From Megasphaera sp. (GTDB lineage: Bacteria > Bacillota > Negativicutes > Veillonellales > Megasphaeraceae): a stretch of 64,000 bases of DNA. Each line of letters begins with the position of its first letter. The stretch's first letter is position 1. The stretch is from contig JAKVKI010000004.1 in NCBI GenBank assembly GCA_022486585.1, forward strand, positions 21,496 through 85,495, given 5' to 3'. The notes below the pieces were generated by a model that saw only the letters and a list, made by a program, of their open reading frames with translations, had not been told where the DNA came from and ran no database searches. Below, one piece after another: positions 19,222 through 29,557 of the stretch. Both the position numbers and the translations under genes were made by a program.

Positions 19222-21207
19222 ATGAAACATACGATTACCAGCGGCATTGCCGCGATTGCAGCGGCAACTTTGCTGCTCATTGGCTCGGTCCAAGCCAGTG
19301 CCCCTGTTTCAGAAAAAGATGATTTCTATCAGGCCGTCAATGCCAAGACGTTAGCAACAAAGCAAATCGAACCGACGGAACCGACATGGTCCTGGTTTTC
19401 TGAACAAACGCAGACGAATAAAAAAATTTTAAAACACGAACTGCAGCGTATTGAAGCAAAGCAGGGAACCTATGCTAAAGGGACGCCGGAACAAAAAATT
19501 GCCGATTTATATCAATGTGCCATGGATACGACGAAGCGAAATGCCGACAGTCCCAGCCAGCTCCAGGCGATGCTGGCACCGATTCGGGCAGCGCGAACGA
19601 CAGCGGAACTGACCCAGGCTTTATGCGATATGCATAAGCAGTATGGCACGGCAGGACTTGTCGATTATACAGTTGACCGGATACCTGACGGGCTTCGGTA
19701 TATGCCTCGTATCGTAACGACAGGGACCATTTTAGGAAAATATGAACTGGAAAAGGAATCCCGACCGAATGAATGGCAGACCTATACGGCATATATTGCC
19801 AATATCCTGCAGGAAAGCGGCTACAGCCAGGCTGATGCGACGGCACAGGCACAACAAATCCTGGCGATGGAACAGCGCTGGGCGCCGGCGATGCTCAGCA
19901 GTGAAGACCAGAATGATGTTACAGTCATCAATACGCTGATGAGTCGTAAAGCTATAGAAAAATTGATGCCTAACATGGACGGGAAAAAACTGATCCAGTC
20001 CTGGGACCTGCAAAAAGAAAATCAGTTTTTCCTGGCAGATGCAGCCTATTTGAAAAAAATCGATGCTGAATACACGCAGGCCAATCTGCCGCTGCTCAAG
20101 AGCTACATCATTTTCCGTGAGATAGATGGTCTGGCGCCATATGCAGATATCCCTTTGCGGGATACGCAGCGGGCATACGTGATGCAGCGCTATGGTATCA
20201 AGCAGAGCCGCAGTGACGAAGAAACGGCCAGTCGTCTGGTACAGGCGTTGCTGCCCTATGATTTTGGACAATTATATATGAAAGAAAATTGTGATCCTGA
20301 AACGGTACGCCAGGTCAAGGCTATGATCGATCAGATCCGGGTGGTATATACTAAACGGTTGCAGAGCAATGACTGGCTCAGTCCTCAAACACGGGCGCAG
20401 GCCATTGAGAAGGTAAAGACGCTGCGAGCATTTGTCGGTGGCCCGGCTGTTGATGATAAGCCTTTGCTGGAAAATATGCCTGATGTGATTGCCAAAGCCG
20501 ATGGGGGAAGCCTGCTGGGCAATATGATCCATAATGCAGTTTTGATGAAGGAACAAGAACATGGCCTGATAGGAACGAATTTTGATCCTAATAAATGGTA
20601 TGCGTTCCAGCCTCAGGATGTCAATGCGGCTTATATTATGGAAAACAACAGCATTACGATTCCGGCAGGTATTTTGAAACCGCCATTTTATGATCCTAAG
20701 GGATCATATGGAACGAATCTTGGCGGCATTGGTGTGATTATTGGGCATGAAATTTCACATGCCTTTGACCCGAATGGCAGCCGCTACGATAAGAATGGGA
20801 ATATGAAAAACTGGTGGACCAAGCAGGATTATGCAGCTTTCCAAAAAAAAGCAGCTGCTTTTGCTCCGTATTATGACGCGTATACTGTTGGCAAAGGAAT
20901 CCATGAGAAAGGCAGTCTTGTTGCCAATGAAGCGATTGCTGATTGCGGTGGCTTGTCCGTTGTAACGGAAATTGCCGGCAATAATGCGGATACGCTTCGT
21001 GATTTGTATAAAAATTTTGCCTATAGCTTTGCTTCTAAAATGACAGAGCAGATCCTGCAGCAACTCGTTCAGTATGATCCTCATCCGATTGGCTCGGCCC
21101 GTGTCAATGGAGCCTTGTCAGCTACAAATGGCTTCTATCGTGCCTATGACATCAAAGACGGCGACGGCATGTATGTCCAGCCGGATCAGCGAGTGACGTT
21201 ATGGTAA
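19222..21207 (+). CDS. Secreted M13-family (neprilysin/PepO-like) metallopeptidase
   Basis: Signal peptide, DDFYQAVN, VNAAY, GHEISHAFD, NEAIADCGG, DPHP...RVN. Confidence 0.92.
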   Translation: MKHTITSGIAAIAAATLLLIGSVQASAPVSEKDDFYQAVNAKTLATKQIEPTEPTWSWFSEQTQTNKKILKHELQRIEAKQGTYAKGTPEQKIADLYQCAMDTTKRNADSPSQLQAMLAPIRAARTTAELTQALCDMHKQYGTAGLVDYTVDRIPDGLRYMPRIVTTGTILGKYELEKESRPNEWQTYTAYIANILQESGYSQADATAQAQQILAMEQRWAPAMLSSEDQNDVTVINTLMSRKAIEKLMPNMDGKKLIQSWDLQKENQFFLADAAYLKKIDAEYTQANLPLLKSYIIFREIDGLAPYADIPLRDTQRAYVMQRYGIKQSRSDEETASRLVQALLPYDFGQLYMKENCDPETVRQVKAMIDQIRVVYTKRLQSNDWLSPQTRAQAIEKVKTLRAFVGGPAVDDKPLLENMPDVIAKADGGSLLGNMIHNAVLMKEQEHGLIGTNFDPNKWYAFQPQDVNAAYIMENNSITIPAGILKPPFYDPKGSYGTNLGGIGVIIGHEISHAFDPNGSRYDKNGNMKNWWTKQDYAAFQKKAAAFAPYYDAYTVGKGIHEKGSLVANEAIADCGGLSVVTEIAGNNADTLRDLYKNFAYSFASKMTEQILQQLVQYDPHPIGSARVNGALSATNGFYRAYDIKDGDGMYVQPDQRVTLW

Positions 21208-21277
21208 GATGTATGAAATTTTGTTAAAATAGAATGATATTTTGTGCCCATGATGCGTTTTCCGTTTGCACAACCCC

Positions 21278-21306
21278 TTGCATTATTCAAGAGGATACGG
21301 TACAAT
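21278..21306 (+). promoter_or_regulatory. Probable pyk promoter
   Basis: TTGCAT-17 bp-TACAAT. Confidence 0.55.
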
Positions 21307-21453
21307 CACAGATGAGCAGTGTGGCTTCGCTTTTTTTGCTCTTTTCGATAAAGAGCCACATTGCCATGCTGGGACAAAAAACGTACCAGCAGGTACAGTG
21401 TTGTTACTTTTAGGTTAAAATAAGACTCTGAAACCAACAAAGGAGACTTCGTA

Positions 21454-23202
21454 ATGTTAAAAAAGACCAAAATCGTTTGTACTTTAGGCCCTAGTTCTAA
21501 TACGCAGGAAATTATTGAAAAGCTGATCAAAGCAGGTATGAATGTAGCCCGCTTCAATTTCTCTCATGGTTCTCATGAAGAACATAAAGCACGTATGGAC
21601 ATGGTCCGTGCCGCATCTAAGAAAACGGGTATTCCCGTGGCCCTCATGCTCGACACGAAAGGCCCGGAAATCCGCCTCGGCCTGTTCAAAAAGGGCTCTA
21701 TCCAGATGGAAGCCGGCAATGAATTCACGCTGACGTCCCGCGATGTTGAAGGCGATGAAACGATTGCTTCTGTTTCTTATAAAGAATTGCCGCAAGATGT
21801 CAAAGCCGGCGATCATATTCTTTTGTCAGATGGCTTGGTCAACTTGGAAGTTACGAGCGTCAAAGGCGAAGATATTCACACTAAGATTCTCAATAGCGGT
21901 AAAATGAGCGACCGGAAACGTGTTGCTGTACCGGGTATTGCTATTAATTTACCGGCTGTTTCCGAACAGGATACAGCAGATATCGAATTTGGTATCCGTA
22001 TGAATATGGACTGGATCGCAGCATCCTTCATCCAGCGCGGTAAAGATGTTATTACTATCCGTAAAATCCTTGAAAAACATGACAGCCATATGCGCATCAT
22101 TTCTAAGATCGAATGCCAGGCTGCTATTAACAATATTGACGACATCATCAAGATGAGCGATGGCATCATGGTAGCTCGTGGTGACCTTGGCGTCGAAGTA
22201 CCGGCAGAAGAAGTACCGACACTCCAGAAGATACTCATCCAGAAGTGTCAGGCTGCGGGCAAACCGGTTATTACAGCGACACAGATGCTGGAATCCATGT
22301 GCAACAATCCTCGTCCGACTCGTGCTGAAACCAGTGACGTTGCTAACGCTATCCTCGATGGCACAGATGCAGTCATGCTGAGTGGTGAAACAGCTGGCGG
22401 CGCTTATCCGTTGGAAGCAGTAGAAACAATGGCCCGTGTTTGCACCTTTACAGAAAGCAAATTCACGCCGAAATCCCATCAGGATGAAAACGCTGAATCG
22501 GCTACGACGACGGAATCTATCGGTAAAGCTGTCGTTCGTATTGCGAAAGATTTGCATGCTGCAGCCATCATCGCTTCGACAGAACGCGGCGGCACAGCAC
22601 AGATGATTTCCAAATATCGTCCGGACTGCACTATTGTTGCCGTATCTCCGCACGAACAGATCATCCATCGCCTGCAGATGAACTGGGGCGTTCAGGCTAT
22701 TCTTGGCAAAGAAGCAACTGATACTGATTCGGTTGTCGACAATGCTATTTTTGCTGCTATCGATAATGATCTCATTAAAGCCGGCGACCTCGTCGTTCTG
22801 ACAGCAGGTGTGCCAGTGGCTAAAGCTGGTTCTACGAATATGATCCGCGTTCAGGTCGTAGGTGATATCCTTCTCCGGGGCACGGGCATTGGCCGTAATT
22901 CCGCTATCGGTCCTGTTTGCGTCGCAACGGATACAGCATCCTTGGAAAAGAATTTCAAAGATGGCTGTGTACTCGTCGTCGAATCGTCTAAGAGTGAATG
23001 GGTCGATTATATGAAACGTGCTGGTGCACTCGTATCTGAAGAAACAGGTCTTTCCAGTGATTCTGCTATTGCGGCTATCAATCTTGGCCTGCCGACGATC
23101 ATCGGTGCTAAGAATGCCGTTGCTTCGCTGGAAAACGGTGAAGTCGTGACCGTAGATTCCAGTCGCGGCACTATTTTCAGAGGCATCGCTAACGCCCGCT
23201 AA
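21454..23202 (+). CDS. pyk: Pyruvate kinase with C-terminal PEP-utilising domain
   Basis: KTKIVCTLGP, RFNFSHG, DTKGPEIR, MVARGDLG, ATQMLESM, MLSGETA. Confidence 0.98.
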   Translation: MLKKTKIVCTLGPSSNTQEIIEKLIKAGMNVARFNFSHGSHEEHKARMDMVRAASKKTGIPVALMLDTKGPEIRLGLFKKGSIQMEAGNEFTLTSRDVEGDETIASVSYKELPQDVKAGDHILLSDGLVNLEVTSVKGEDIHTKILNSGKMSDRKRVAVPGIAINLPAVSEQDTADIEFGIRMNMDWIAASFIQRGKDVITIRKILEKHDSHMRIISKIECQAAINNIDDIIKMSDGIMVARGDLGVEVPAEEVPTLQKILIQKCQAAGKPVITATQMLESMCNNPRPTRAETSDVANAILDGTDAVMLSGETAGGAYPLEAVETMARVCTFTESKFTPKSHQDENAESATTTESIGKAVVRIAKDLHAAAIIASTERGGTAQMISKYRPDCTIVAVSPHEQIIHRLQMNWGVQAILGKEATDTDSVVDNAIFAAIDNDLIKAGDLVVLTAGVPVAKAGSTNMIRVQVVGDILLRGTGIGRNSAIGPVCVATDTASLEKNFKDGCVLVVESSKSEWVDYMKRAGALVSEETGLSSDSAIAAINLGLPTIIGAKNAVASLENGEVVTVDSSRGTIFRGIANAR

Positions 23203-23245
23203 GATCAGTGGGGTGAGCTTGCAGGTCCAATGAAAACAGCTATAC

Positions 23246-23280
23246 AACTCCTCCATACAACGGTGTGGGGGAGTTTTTTT
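23246..23280 (+). terminator. pyk terminator
   Basis: AACTCCTCCATAC-AACG-GTGTGGGGGAGTT followed by a T run. Confidence 0.8.
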
Positions 23281-23305
23281 GACGAGAATCTGAGGGGGAA
23301 TACGA

Positions 23306-24238
23306 TTGGAAGTCAGTCTATTATTGTTACAGGAGATCGTCAAGTTATTTCTTATCATGTGTATGGGCTTTGCCCTCATTAAGTCGGGGAAACTGCGCTC
23401 GTCTGATGGCCGGGCCTTATCGGTTTTATTGGTGTATCTTATTATACCGTGTGTCATCATCCATTCCTTCCAGATCGATGCTGCTGAGGAGGTAAAACAG
23501 GGCTTGTTCTTTGCGTTTGGTGCCGCAGTTTTCGTTCATATCCTGTTTATTGCGTTGACGTCCCTGTTCAGGCATGTATTTCGGTTAGAAATGGTGGAAC
23601 AGATTTCCATTATATATACTAATGCCGGTATTTTAGTCATTCCTCTGGTCAATGCCATTCTGGGGCCTGAATATGTCATCTATTCATGTGCGTTTATGGT
23701 AGTCCAGCTCGTTTTCTTATGGACTCATGGTGTTCATGCTATGTGCCCTGGCGAAACGATACAGTTCAGTAATATTTTCCGTAACATCAATGTCATGGCC
23801 ATTGCTGCAGGGGCACTATTGTTCTTGTTCCATCTGCATCTGCCGGTCTTGATCGATCAAACCATGGCCCTGACCGGGTCCATGATCGGGCCAGTAGGCA
23901 TGCTTATTACAGGGATGGCCATAGCAGATAGTTCGCTGAAAGAAATGTTCATGAAGTGGCGGAGTTATATTCCGATTACGTTACGTTTGATCGTATATCC
24001 TGTTATTTTAACGGCTATTTTTGCTATTTCAGGTATGACGAACTGGGTAACGGATGGTAAAAATGTACTCATGACTGTTTACATTGCTTCTATTACGCCG
24101 ACAGCGGCTGTTGTTACTTCTATGGCACAGCTTTATGGGCAGGAACCGGTGTATGCTGCCGATCTTTGTGTCGTATCGACCTTATTATCTATCATTACGA
24201 TGCCGCTGTTGTTGTATGTGTTTATAACTGTATTATAA
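23306..24238 (+). CDS. AEC (auxin efflux carrier) family transporter
   Basis: Hydrophobic 310 aa; NAGILVIPLV, PTAA and STLLSIITMP motifs; TTG start with SD GAGGGG. Confidence 0.82.
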   Translation: MEVSLLLLQEIVKLFLIMCMGFALIKSGKLRSSDGRALSVLLVYLIIPCVIIHSFQIDAAEEVKQGLFFAFGAAVFVHILFIALTSLFRHVFRLEMVEQISIIYTNAGILVIPLVNAILGPEYVIYSCAFMVVQLVFLWTHGVHAMCPGETIQFSNIFRNINVMAIAAGALLFLFHLHLPVLIDQTMALTGSMIGPVGMLITGMAIADSSLKEMFMKWRSYIPITLRLIVYPVILTAIFAISGMTNWVTDGKNVLMTVYIASITPTAAVVTSMAQLYGQEPVYAADLCVVSTLLSIITMPLLLYVFITVL

Positions 24239-24247
24239 GGAGCAATA

Positions 24248-25441
24248 ATGATCCATTGGAAACGTAATGTTTTTTTACTGGCTGTCGGCATTGGCGGTAC
24301 GTCTGCCAGTTATACGATGCTAGTACCGTTTTTACCATTATACTTGCTGGATCTGGGAACGCCGAACGAGTTAGTGGCGGTATATTCCGGGGCGGTTTTT
24401 TCAGTGACCTTTTTAGTAGCAGCGATTATGTCACCTATATGGGGGAAGATGGCGGATACAAAGGGCAAGAAAGTCATGGCTGTCCGGGCTTGTGTGGCCT
24501 TGACGGTAACCTATTTTATCGGTGGTCTGGTCACGTCACCGCAGCAGCTCTTTGGTATGCGTGTGCTTCAGGGATTTGCCAATGGGTTCCTGCCCATGGT
24601 ATTAGCTATGGCCTCGGCTAGCGCGCCACGGCAGCAGCTGGGGTATGCCTTAGGCATCGTGCAGACCGGGCAGATCATCGGTTCTGTGCTGGGGCCGCTT
24701 TTGGGCGGGTCTATTGCTGAATTAGTCGGTATGCGCGCCTCTTTTTTCGTGGCCAGTGGTTTTCTATTGTTAGTAACACTGATGGTCGTATTTTTCGTTA
24801 AAGAACCGGTGGCAGAACAGGCCGTGACGTCAGCACCGCAGGATAAGACGACCTTATGGGAAGATTTTTGTTATGCTTTTCATAATCGGTCGGTGCTGGC
24901 GATGCTCATACTAGCCTTTATCATATGCATGGCCAATATGATTTTACAACCTGTCATTAGTTTGTATGTGGCACAGTTACAGCATTCTATGGAAAATGTT
25001 GCTTTTACATCGGGCTTTATCTTCAGTCTCGGCGGTATTGCCGGCATCTTGTCGACGACGACCTGGGGGCGATTAGGGCAGCATCGCAGCTATTATTTTG
25101 TTTTGGCGTTGTCGTTTTGTGGTGCCGGCCTGTTCAATTTCTTGCAATATTTCCCTGCGTCTATTATCCTCTTTGCAGTATTGCAGTTTTTCTTTGGACT
25201 ATTTTTTATGGGAGCCAATCCGGCAGTCAATGCCATCTTAGTGACGGCGACGCCGGCGGATTTTCGTGGCCGCGTGTTTGGATTGTCTACGATGGCGAAC
25301 CAGATGGGGTTCATGGCCGGGCCGTTGGCAGGTAGTGCCATTTCGATGGCGTGGGGCATACAGTCTGTCTTTTTGATAACAGGTCCGGTATTATTTGCTA
25401 TAGGCGCCTTCCTTTGGCTGCTGCGGAGACATACGGCGTAG
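24248..25441 (+). CDS. MFS transporter (MdtG/DHA1-like)
   Basis: PFLPLY, SPIWGKMADTKGKK (motif A), GPLLGG; about 12 TM segments. Confidence 0.88.
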   Translation: MIHWKRNVFLLAVGIGGTSASYTMLVPFLPLYLLDLGTPNELVAVYSGAVFSVTFLVAAIMSPIWGKMADTKGKKVMAVRACVALTVTYFIGGLVTSPQQLFGMRVLQGFANGFLPMVLAMASASAPRQQLGYALGIVQTGQIIGSVLGPLLGGSIAELVGMRASFFVASGFLLLVTLMVVFFVKEPVAEQAVTSAPQDKTTLWEDFCYAFHNRSVLAMLILAFIICMANMILQPVISLYVAQLQHSMENVAFTSGFIFSLGGIAGILSTTTWGRLGQHRSYYFVLALSFCGAGLFNFLQYFPASIILFAVLQFFFGLFFMGANPAVNAILVTATPADFRGRVFGLSTMANQMGFMAGPLAGSAISMAWGIQSVFLITGPVLFAIGAFLWLLRRHTA

Positions 25442-25833
25442 CAGGAAGTAGCGCTGTTACTTTTTTTGTCGGAATGATGTTTGGTATATACAGTATAGGA
25501 AGAGTTGCGTTTTCAATCATGAAAAGGCAGCTCTATTTTTATATAAACGCAGAAATAAAAGTCAAAAAGGAATATTCTATAAACGCATAGAACATATTCT
25601 AACTAGACAATATGAGAATAGGATGAACGTTTTACTTGCAAACCCCTTGATTAAAAAATGGATTCAATGTACAATAAAGATAACAAATGAGCATTACATC
25701 AATGCTTAATACACATATAGAATAACATTTTTAATTAAAAGCATACACAACTTCAATTATAACTTATTCATAATATATAAACTTTAAAAATATAATATTT
25801 ATAAATACGTTATAAAGAAAGGCGAGTTATATC

Positions 25834-26538
25834 ATGGAAAAATGGATTGATGCTGCCAGACTTACTGCATTTGTAGGTCATGCCGGCAGCGGTAAAACGG
25901 AAATTGCTATCAATACGGCATTGGCCCTGGCTGAGCTGGGTCATCCGTTTGCCCTGGCTGACTTGGATATTGTAGACCCATATTTTCGTTGCCGCCGTTG
26001 TAAAGAACTTATTGAAAAGAAGGGCGGCCGCCTCATAGCAAGTTCCCAAGAGGCAATGGATGCTGATTTGCCATCGATGCCGCCAGAAGTATTTGCTTTG
26101 TTTGATAATCCCGGCCTTTATGGTGTAATGGATATTGGCGGAGACCCATCCGGAGCCAGAGTATTGGCCCGGTATCGCCGCCAGTTGCAAGAATGTGGTG
26201 CCCGTATGCTGTGTGTCGTCAATGGCAATCGTCCATTATCGGATACAGCAGAAAAGGCTGCAGAATATGTACGACGTATTGAAGAGACAGCCGGCATGAA
26301 AATCGATGGTCTCATTAACAATACGCATTGTTGTCACCTGACCTCTGTCGATGATATTCGTCAGGGTGCAGCCTTGACACACGAAGTATCGGTAGTAACC
26401 GGAATCCCTGTGGTTTGCCACGCTGTCCCACAGAACTTGGCAGCACAGGCTTCGGATTTTGTATATCCTATATTTCCCATGAAACTGTATATGAGAAAAC
26501 CATGGGAGCAAGCACCCGCAGAAGAAAGGAGTATTTGA
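25834..26538 (+). CDS. Uncharacterised P-loop NTPase heading the 2-oxoacid oxidoreductase operon
   Basis: GHAGSGKT Walker A, DLDIVDPYFR, DIGGD. Confidence 0.75.
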   Translation: MEKWIDAARLTAFVGHAGSGKTEIAINTALALAELGHPFALADLDIVDPYFRCRRCKELIEKKGGRLIASSQEAMDADLPSMPPEVFALFDNPGLYGVMDIGGDPSGARVLARYRRQLQECGARMLCVVNGNRPLSDTAEKAAEYVRRIEETAGMKIDGLINNTHCCHLTSVDDIRQGAALTHEVSVVTGIPVVCHAVPQNLAAQASDFVYPIFPMKLYMRKPWEQAPAEERSI

Positions 26539-26541
26539 CGT

Positions 26542-26754
26542 ATGGCAATGCATTTGACTTTTAGAAAAGAGCGCTGCAAAGGTTGCGGTCTCTGCATATC
26601 TGTTTGTCCCAAACAGATTTTGGCCTTAGAAGAAGGCACAAACATCAAAGGCTATCGTCCGGCTCACTGCACTGATGAATCACAATGTATCGGCTGTGCA
26701 AGCTGTGCCAGAATTTGTCCGGATTCGATTATTACCATTGAAAAAGACGACTGA
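26542..26754 (+). CDS. 2[4Fe-4S] ferredoxin (delta subunit) of 2-oxoacid:ferredoxin oxidoreductase
   Basis: CKGCGLCISVCP and CIGCASCARICP. Confidence 0.9.
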   Translation: MAMHLTFRKERCKGCGLCISVCPKQILALEEGTNIKGYRPAHCTDESQCIGCASCARICPDSIITIEKDD

Positions 26755-26775
26755 GAAAAGGAGTGAAATAGATCC

Positions 26776-27843
26776 ATGAAAAGAGAAATTTGGAAAGGTA
26801 GTGAAGCAATCGCTGAAGCAGCTATTCGTGCAGGCTGTCGCGGTTTCTTCGGATATCCTATAACCCCTCAAAATGAAGTCCCTGAATATATGTCCCATGA
26901 AATGGCGAAACATGGTGGTGTTTTTGTACAGGCCGAATCGGAATTAGCAGCGATTAACATGGTATATGGTGCTGCTGCATCAGGTATTCGTGCTATGACT
27001 TCGTCCTCTTCGCCAGGTATCAGCTTGAAACAGGAAGGCATCAGCTATATGGCCGGTGCTATGCTGCCAGCTGTTATTGTCAACACGATGCGTGGTGGCC
27101 CGGGCCTCGGCTCGATCCAACCATCTCAGGCAGATTATTATCAGGCTACACGTGGCGGCGGCAACGGCGATTATCGTACGCCTGTCTTAGCTCCGGGCAA
27201 TTTGCAGGAAGCTGTTGATTTAGTACAAGAAGCGTTTGATATTGCTGATCAGTACCGTACACCGGTCATGGTTCTTGCAGATGGGCTTATTGCGCAGATG
27301 ATGGAACCAATCGAATGGCATGATTATAAGAAACGGGATTTACCGCCGAAGACATGGGCTTCTAATGGCCGTGGCGACCGGGATCATAACAATTTCGTCA
27401 ACTCGTTGTATATCGATGCACCATCCTGCGAAAAACATAACCAGGATCTCCTCGATACATATAAAGAAATCGAAAAGAATGAAACCCGTTGGGAAGAACT
27501 GATGGTCGATGATGCAGAACTTCTTATTACGGCATATGGTACACCTGCTCGTATTGCTATTACAGCAGCGGAAAACCTGCGCGCTAAAGGTATTAAAGCC
27601 GGCGTGTTCCGTCCGATCACCTTATGGCCTTTCCCGTACAAACGGCTTCGTGAAATTGTCGATCAGACATCAGTCAAAGTTGTTTTAGACGTAGAAATGA
27701 GCGGCGGTCAAATGTTGGATGATGTCAATCTGGCAGTTATCGAACATAAACCTGTCAAATTCTATGGCCGTCTCGGTGGTGTCATCCCGACGGTATCGGA
27801 AATCGAAAGCGCAGCAGAAAAAGCAATAGGGGAGGTAAAATAG
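26776..27843 (+). CDS. vorB: 2-oxoacid:ferredoxin oxidoreductase alpha subunit (VorB, 2-oxoisovalerate type)
   Basis: GYPITPQ, QAESE, TSSSSPG, MRGGPGLG, GGGNGDY. Confidence 0.88.
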   Translation: MKREIWKGSEAIAEAAIRAGCRGFFGYPITPQNEVPEYMSHEMAKHGGVFVQAESELAAINMVYGAAASGIRAMTSSSSPGISLKQEGISYMAGAMLPAVIVNTMRGGPGLGSIQPSQADYYQATRGGGNGDYRTPVLAPGNLQEAVDLVQEAFDIADQYRTPVMVLADGLIAQMMEPIEWHDYKKRDLPPKTWASNGRGDRDHNNFVNSLYIDAPSCEKHNQDLLDTYKEIEKNETRWEELMVDDAELLITAYGTPARIAITAAENLRAKGIKAGVFRPITLWPFPYKRLREIVDQTSVKVVLDVEMSGGQMLDDVNLAVIEHKPVKFYGRLGGVIPTVSEIESAAEKAIGEVK

Positions 27844-27844
27844 C

Positions 27845-28588
27845 ATGAAAACGATCTATGCGAAGTCAAAAGGACTGCAGGATACGGAATTGCATTATTG
27901 CCCCGGCTGCGGTCATGGTATTGTACATAAATTGATAGCAGAAACATTAGAAGAAATGGGTGCTGTCGGCACAGCTATCGGTGTCTGCCCTGTAGGCTGT
28001 TCTGTATTTGCCGGCAATTATTTTGCCTGTGATATGATTGAAGCTTCTCATGGCCGTGCACCTGCTGTTGCTACAGCAGTTAAACGGACGCATCCGACGG
28101 TTCCTGTATTTACGTACCAAGGCGATGGCGACTTGGCTTCTATTGGTGCGGCCGAAATCGTCCATGCTGCCATGCGTGGTGAAAAATTCACGACGATTTT
28201 CATTAACAATGCGATTTATGGCATGACTGGCGGCCAGATGGCTCCGACGACGTTGATCGGCCAAAAGGCTACGACCTGTCAAAGCGGCCGTACAGTAGAA
28301 CAGGCTGGCAAACCGATGCGTGTAGCTGAAATGCTGTCAACGCTGGATGGCTTAGTCTATGCAGAACGAGTCTGTGTTGTTGATATTCCTCATCTCATGA
28401 AAGCTAAAAAAGCCATTAAAAAAGCATTCCAACGTCAGATGAATGGTGACGGCTTCACCTTTGTTGAAGTCCTCAGCGCATGCCCGACGAACTGGGGAAT
28501 GGATATTCACCAGGCTAATACGTGGCTCATGGATAATATGGCAACGTATTATCCTCTCGGCGTAGTGAAAGATACGGAGGTGAAATAA
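27845..28588 (+). CDS. 2-oxoacid:ferredoxin oxidoreductase beta (TPP-binding) subunit
   Basis: YCPGCGH, HGRAPA, QGDGD...NNAIYGMTGGQ, SACP. Confidence 0.92.
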   Translation: MKTIYAKSKGLQDTELHYCPGCGHGIVHKLIAETLEEMGAVGTAIGVCPVGCSVFAGNYFACDMIEASHGRAPAVATAVKRTHPTVPVFTYQGDGDLASIGAAEIVHAAMRGEKFTTIFINNAIYGMTGGQMAPTTLIGQKATTCQSGRTVEQAGKPMRVAEMLSTLDGLVYAERVCVVDIPHLMKAKKAIKKAFQRQMNGDGFTFVEVLSACPTNWGMDIHQANTWLMDNMATYYPLGVVKDTEVK

Positions 28589-28589
28589 T

Positions 28590-29129
28590 ATGAAACACGA
28601 AGTCATCCTCTCCGGTTTTGGCGGCCAAGGTGTCATGTCTATTGGTAAGAACCTTGTTGAAGCAGGTGTAGCAGAAGATCTGCACGCTTCGTGGGTACCG
28701 TCTTACGGTCCGGAAATGCGTGGCGGTACAGCTAACTGTACGGTTATTCTTAGTGATGAACGTATTGGGTCTCCTATTGTTGAAAAACCATCGGAAATCA
28801 TCGTCATGAACCGTGCTGCTTTGGCTAAATTCGGCTCTCATGTTCAACCAGGTGGTACGATTTTCATTAACAGCAGCATTGTTCCGGATAAAGTAGAACG
28901 GACAGATGTCAACGTATACTATGTGCCGTGTGATGATATTGCCCGTGAATTGGGCAATACAAAAGTCAGCAATATGGTTATGCTTGGCGCCTATGTTGCA
29001 GCAACAAAGATTTTGAAGATAGAAACGATTGAAAACATGATCCATGAAATGTTCAGCGGTAAAAAAGCAAAATTGATACCGATGAATATGGAAGCCTTAA
29101 AACGCGGGATTGCTTGCGCAGAAGGCTAA
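28590..29129 (+). CDS. 2-oxoacid:ferredoxin oxidoreductase gamma subunit
   Basis: SGFGGQG, SYGPEMRGG, NMVMLGA. Confidence 0.92.
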   Translation: MKHEVILSGFGGQGVMSIGKNLVEAGVAEDLHASWVPSYGPEMRGGTANCTVILSDERIGSPIVEKPSEIIVMNRAALAKFGSHVQPGGTIFINSSIVPDKVERTDVNVYYVPCDDIARELGNTKVSNMVMLGAYVAATKILKIETIENMIHEMFSGKKAKLIPMNMEALKRGIACAEG

Positions 29130-29177
29130 GTATAGGCATACCTCATTTGGAATCCTTTGCGGGTTTCTCTGCTATAT

Positions 29178-29217
29178 GAAAACGTCAGAAGCATGCGTGC
29201 TTCTGACGTTTTCTTTT
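29178..29217 (+). terminator. Terminator of the oxidoreductase operon
   Basis: GAAAACGTCAGAAGCA-TGCG-TGCTTCTGACGTTTTC-TTTT. Confidence 0.85.
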
Positions 29218-29440
29218 ACGTTATACGTTTTATGCGATTAGCGCATCTGTGTAATTGAGAAATACTACTTACAGGTTTAACGTAAAACTTATCCATTTCA
29301 TTTATAAGCGACACTTACGGAAAAACGTAAAGAACAATATGATCATACTTGTTATACCTTAAGCAATCGGGCCGTTGTGTCCTGCTGAAGTACAAACAGG
29401 AATGGATGAATGAAAAGTATAACGTAAATGAGAAAAAGTA

Positions 29441-29469
29441 TTTACCATAACAATGTTTTGTGATATACT
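29441..29469 (+). promoter_or_regulatory. Probable promoter of the HAAAP permease
   Basis: TTTACC-17 bp-TATACT with extended -10 TG. Confidence 0.55.
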
Positions 29470-29557
29470 TTTAGTACAACGTAAAAGTAAAAATAATACT
29501 TAAATGTTTTAATGAACACATTTAAATCTACTGCTAAAATACATTTAATTTTAGGTG

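Noticed and set aside
21949-23460. 503-aa antisense ORF over pyk (also 48042-48722 and 48732-49643)
   Set aside because: Long antisense frames are expected opposite strongly codon-biased genes; no protein motifs
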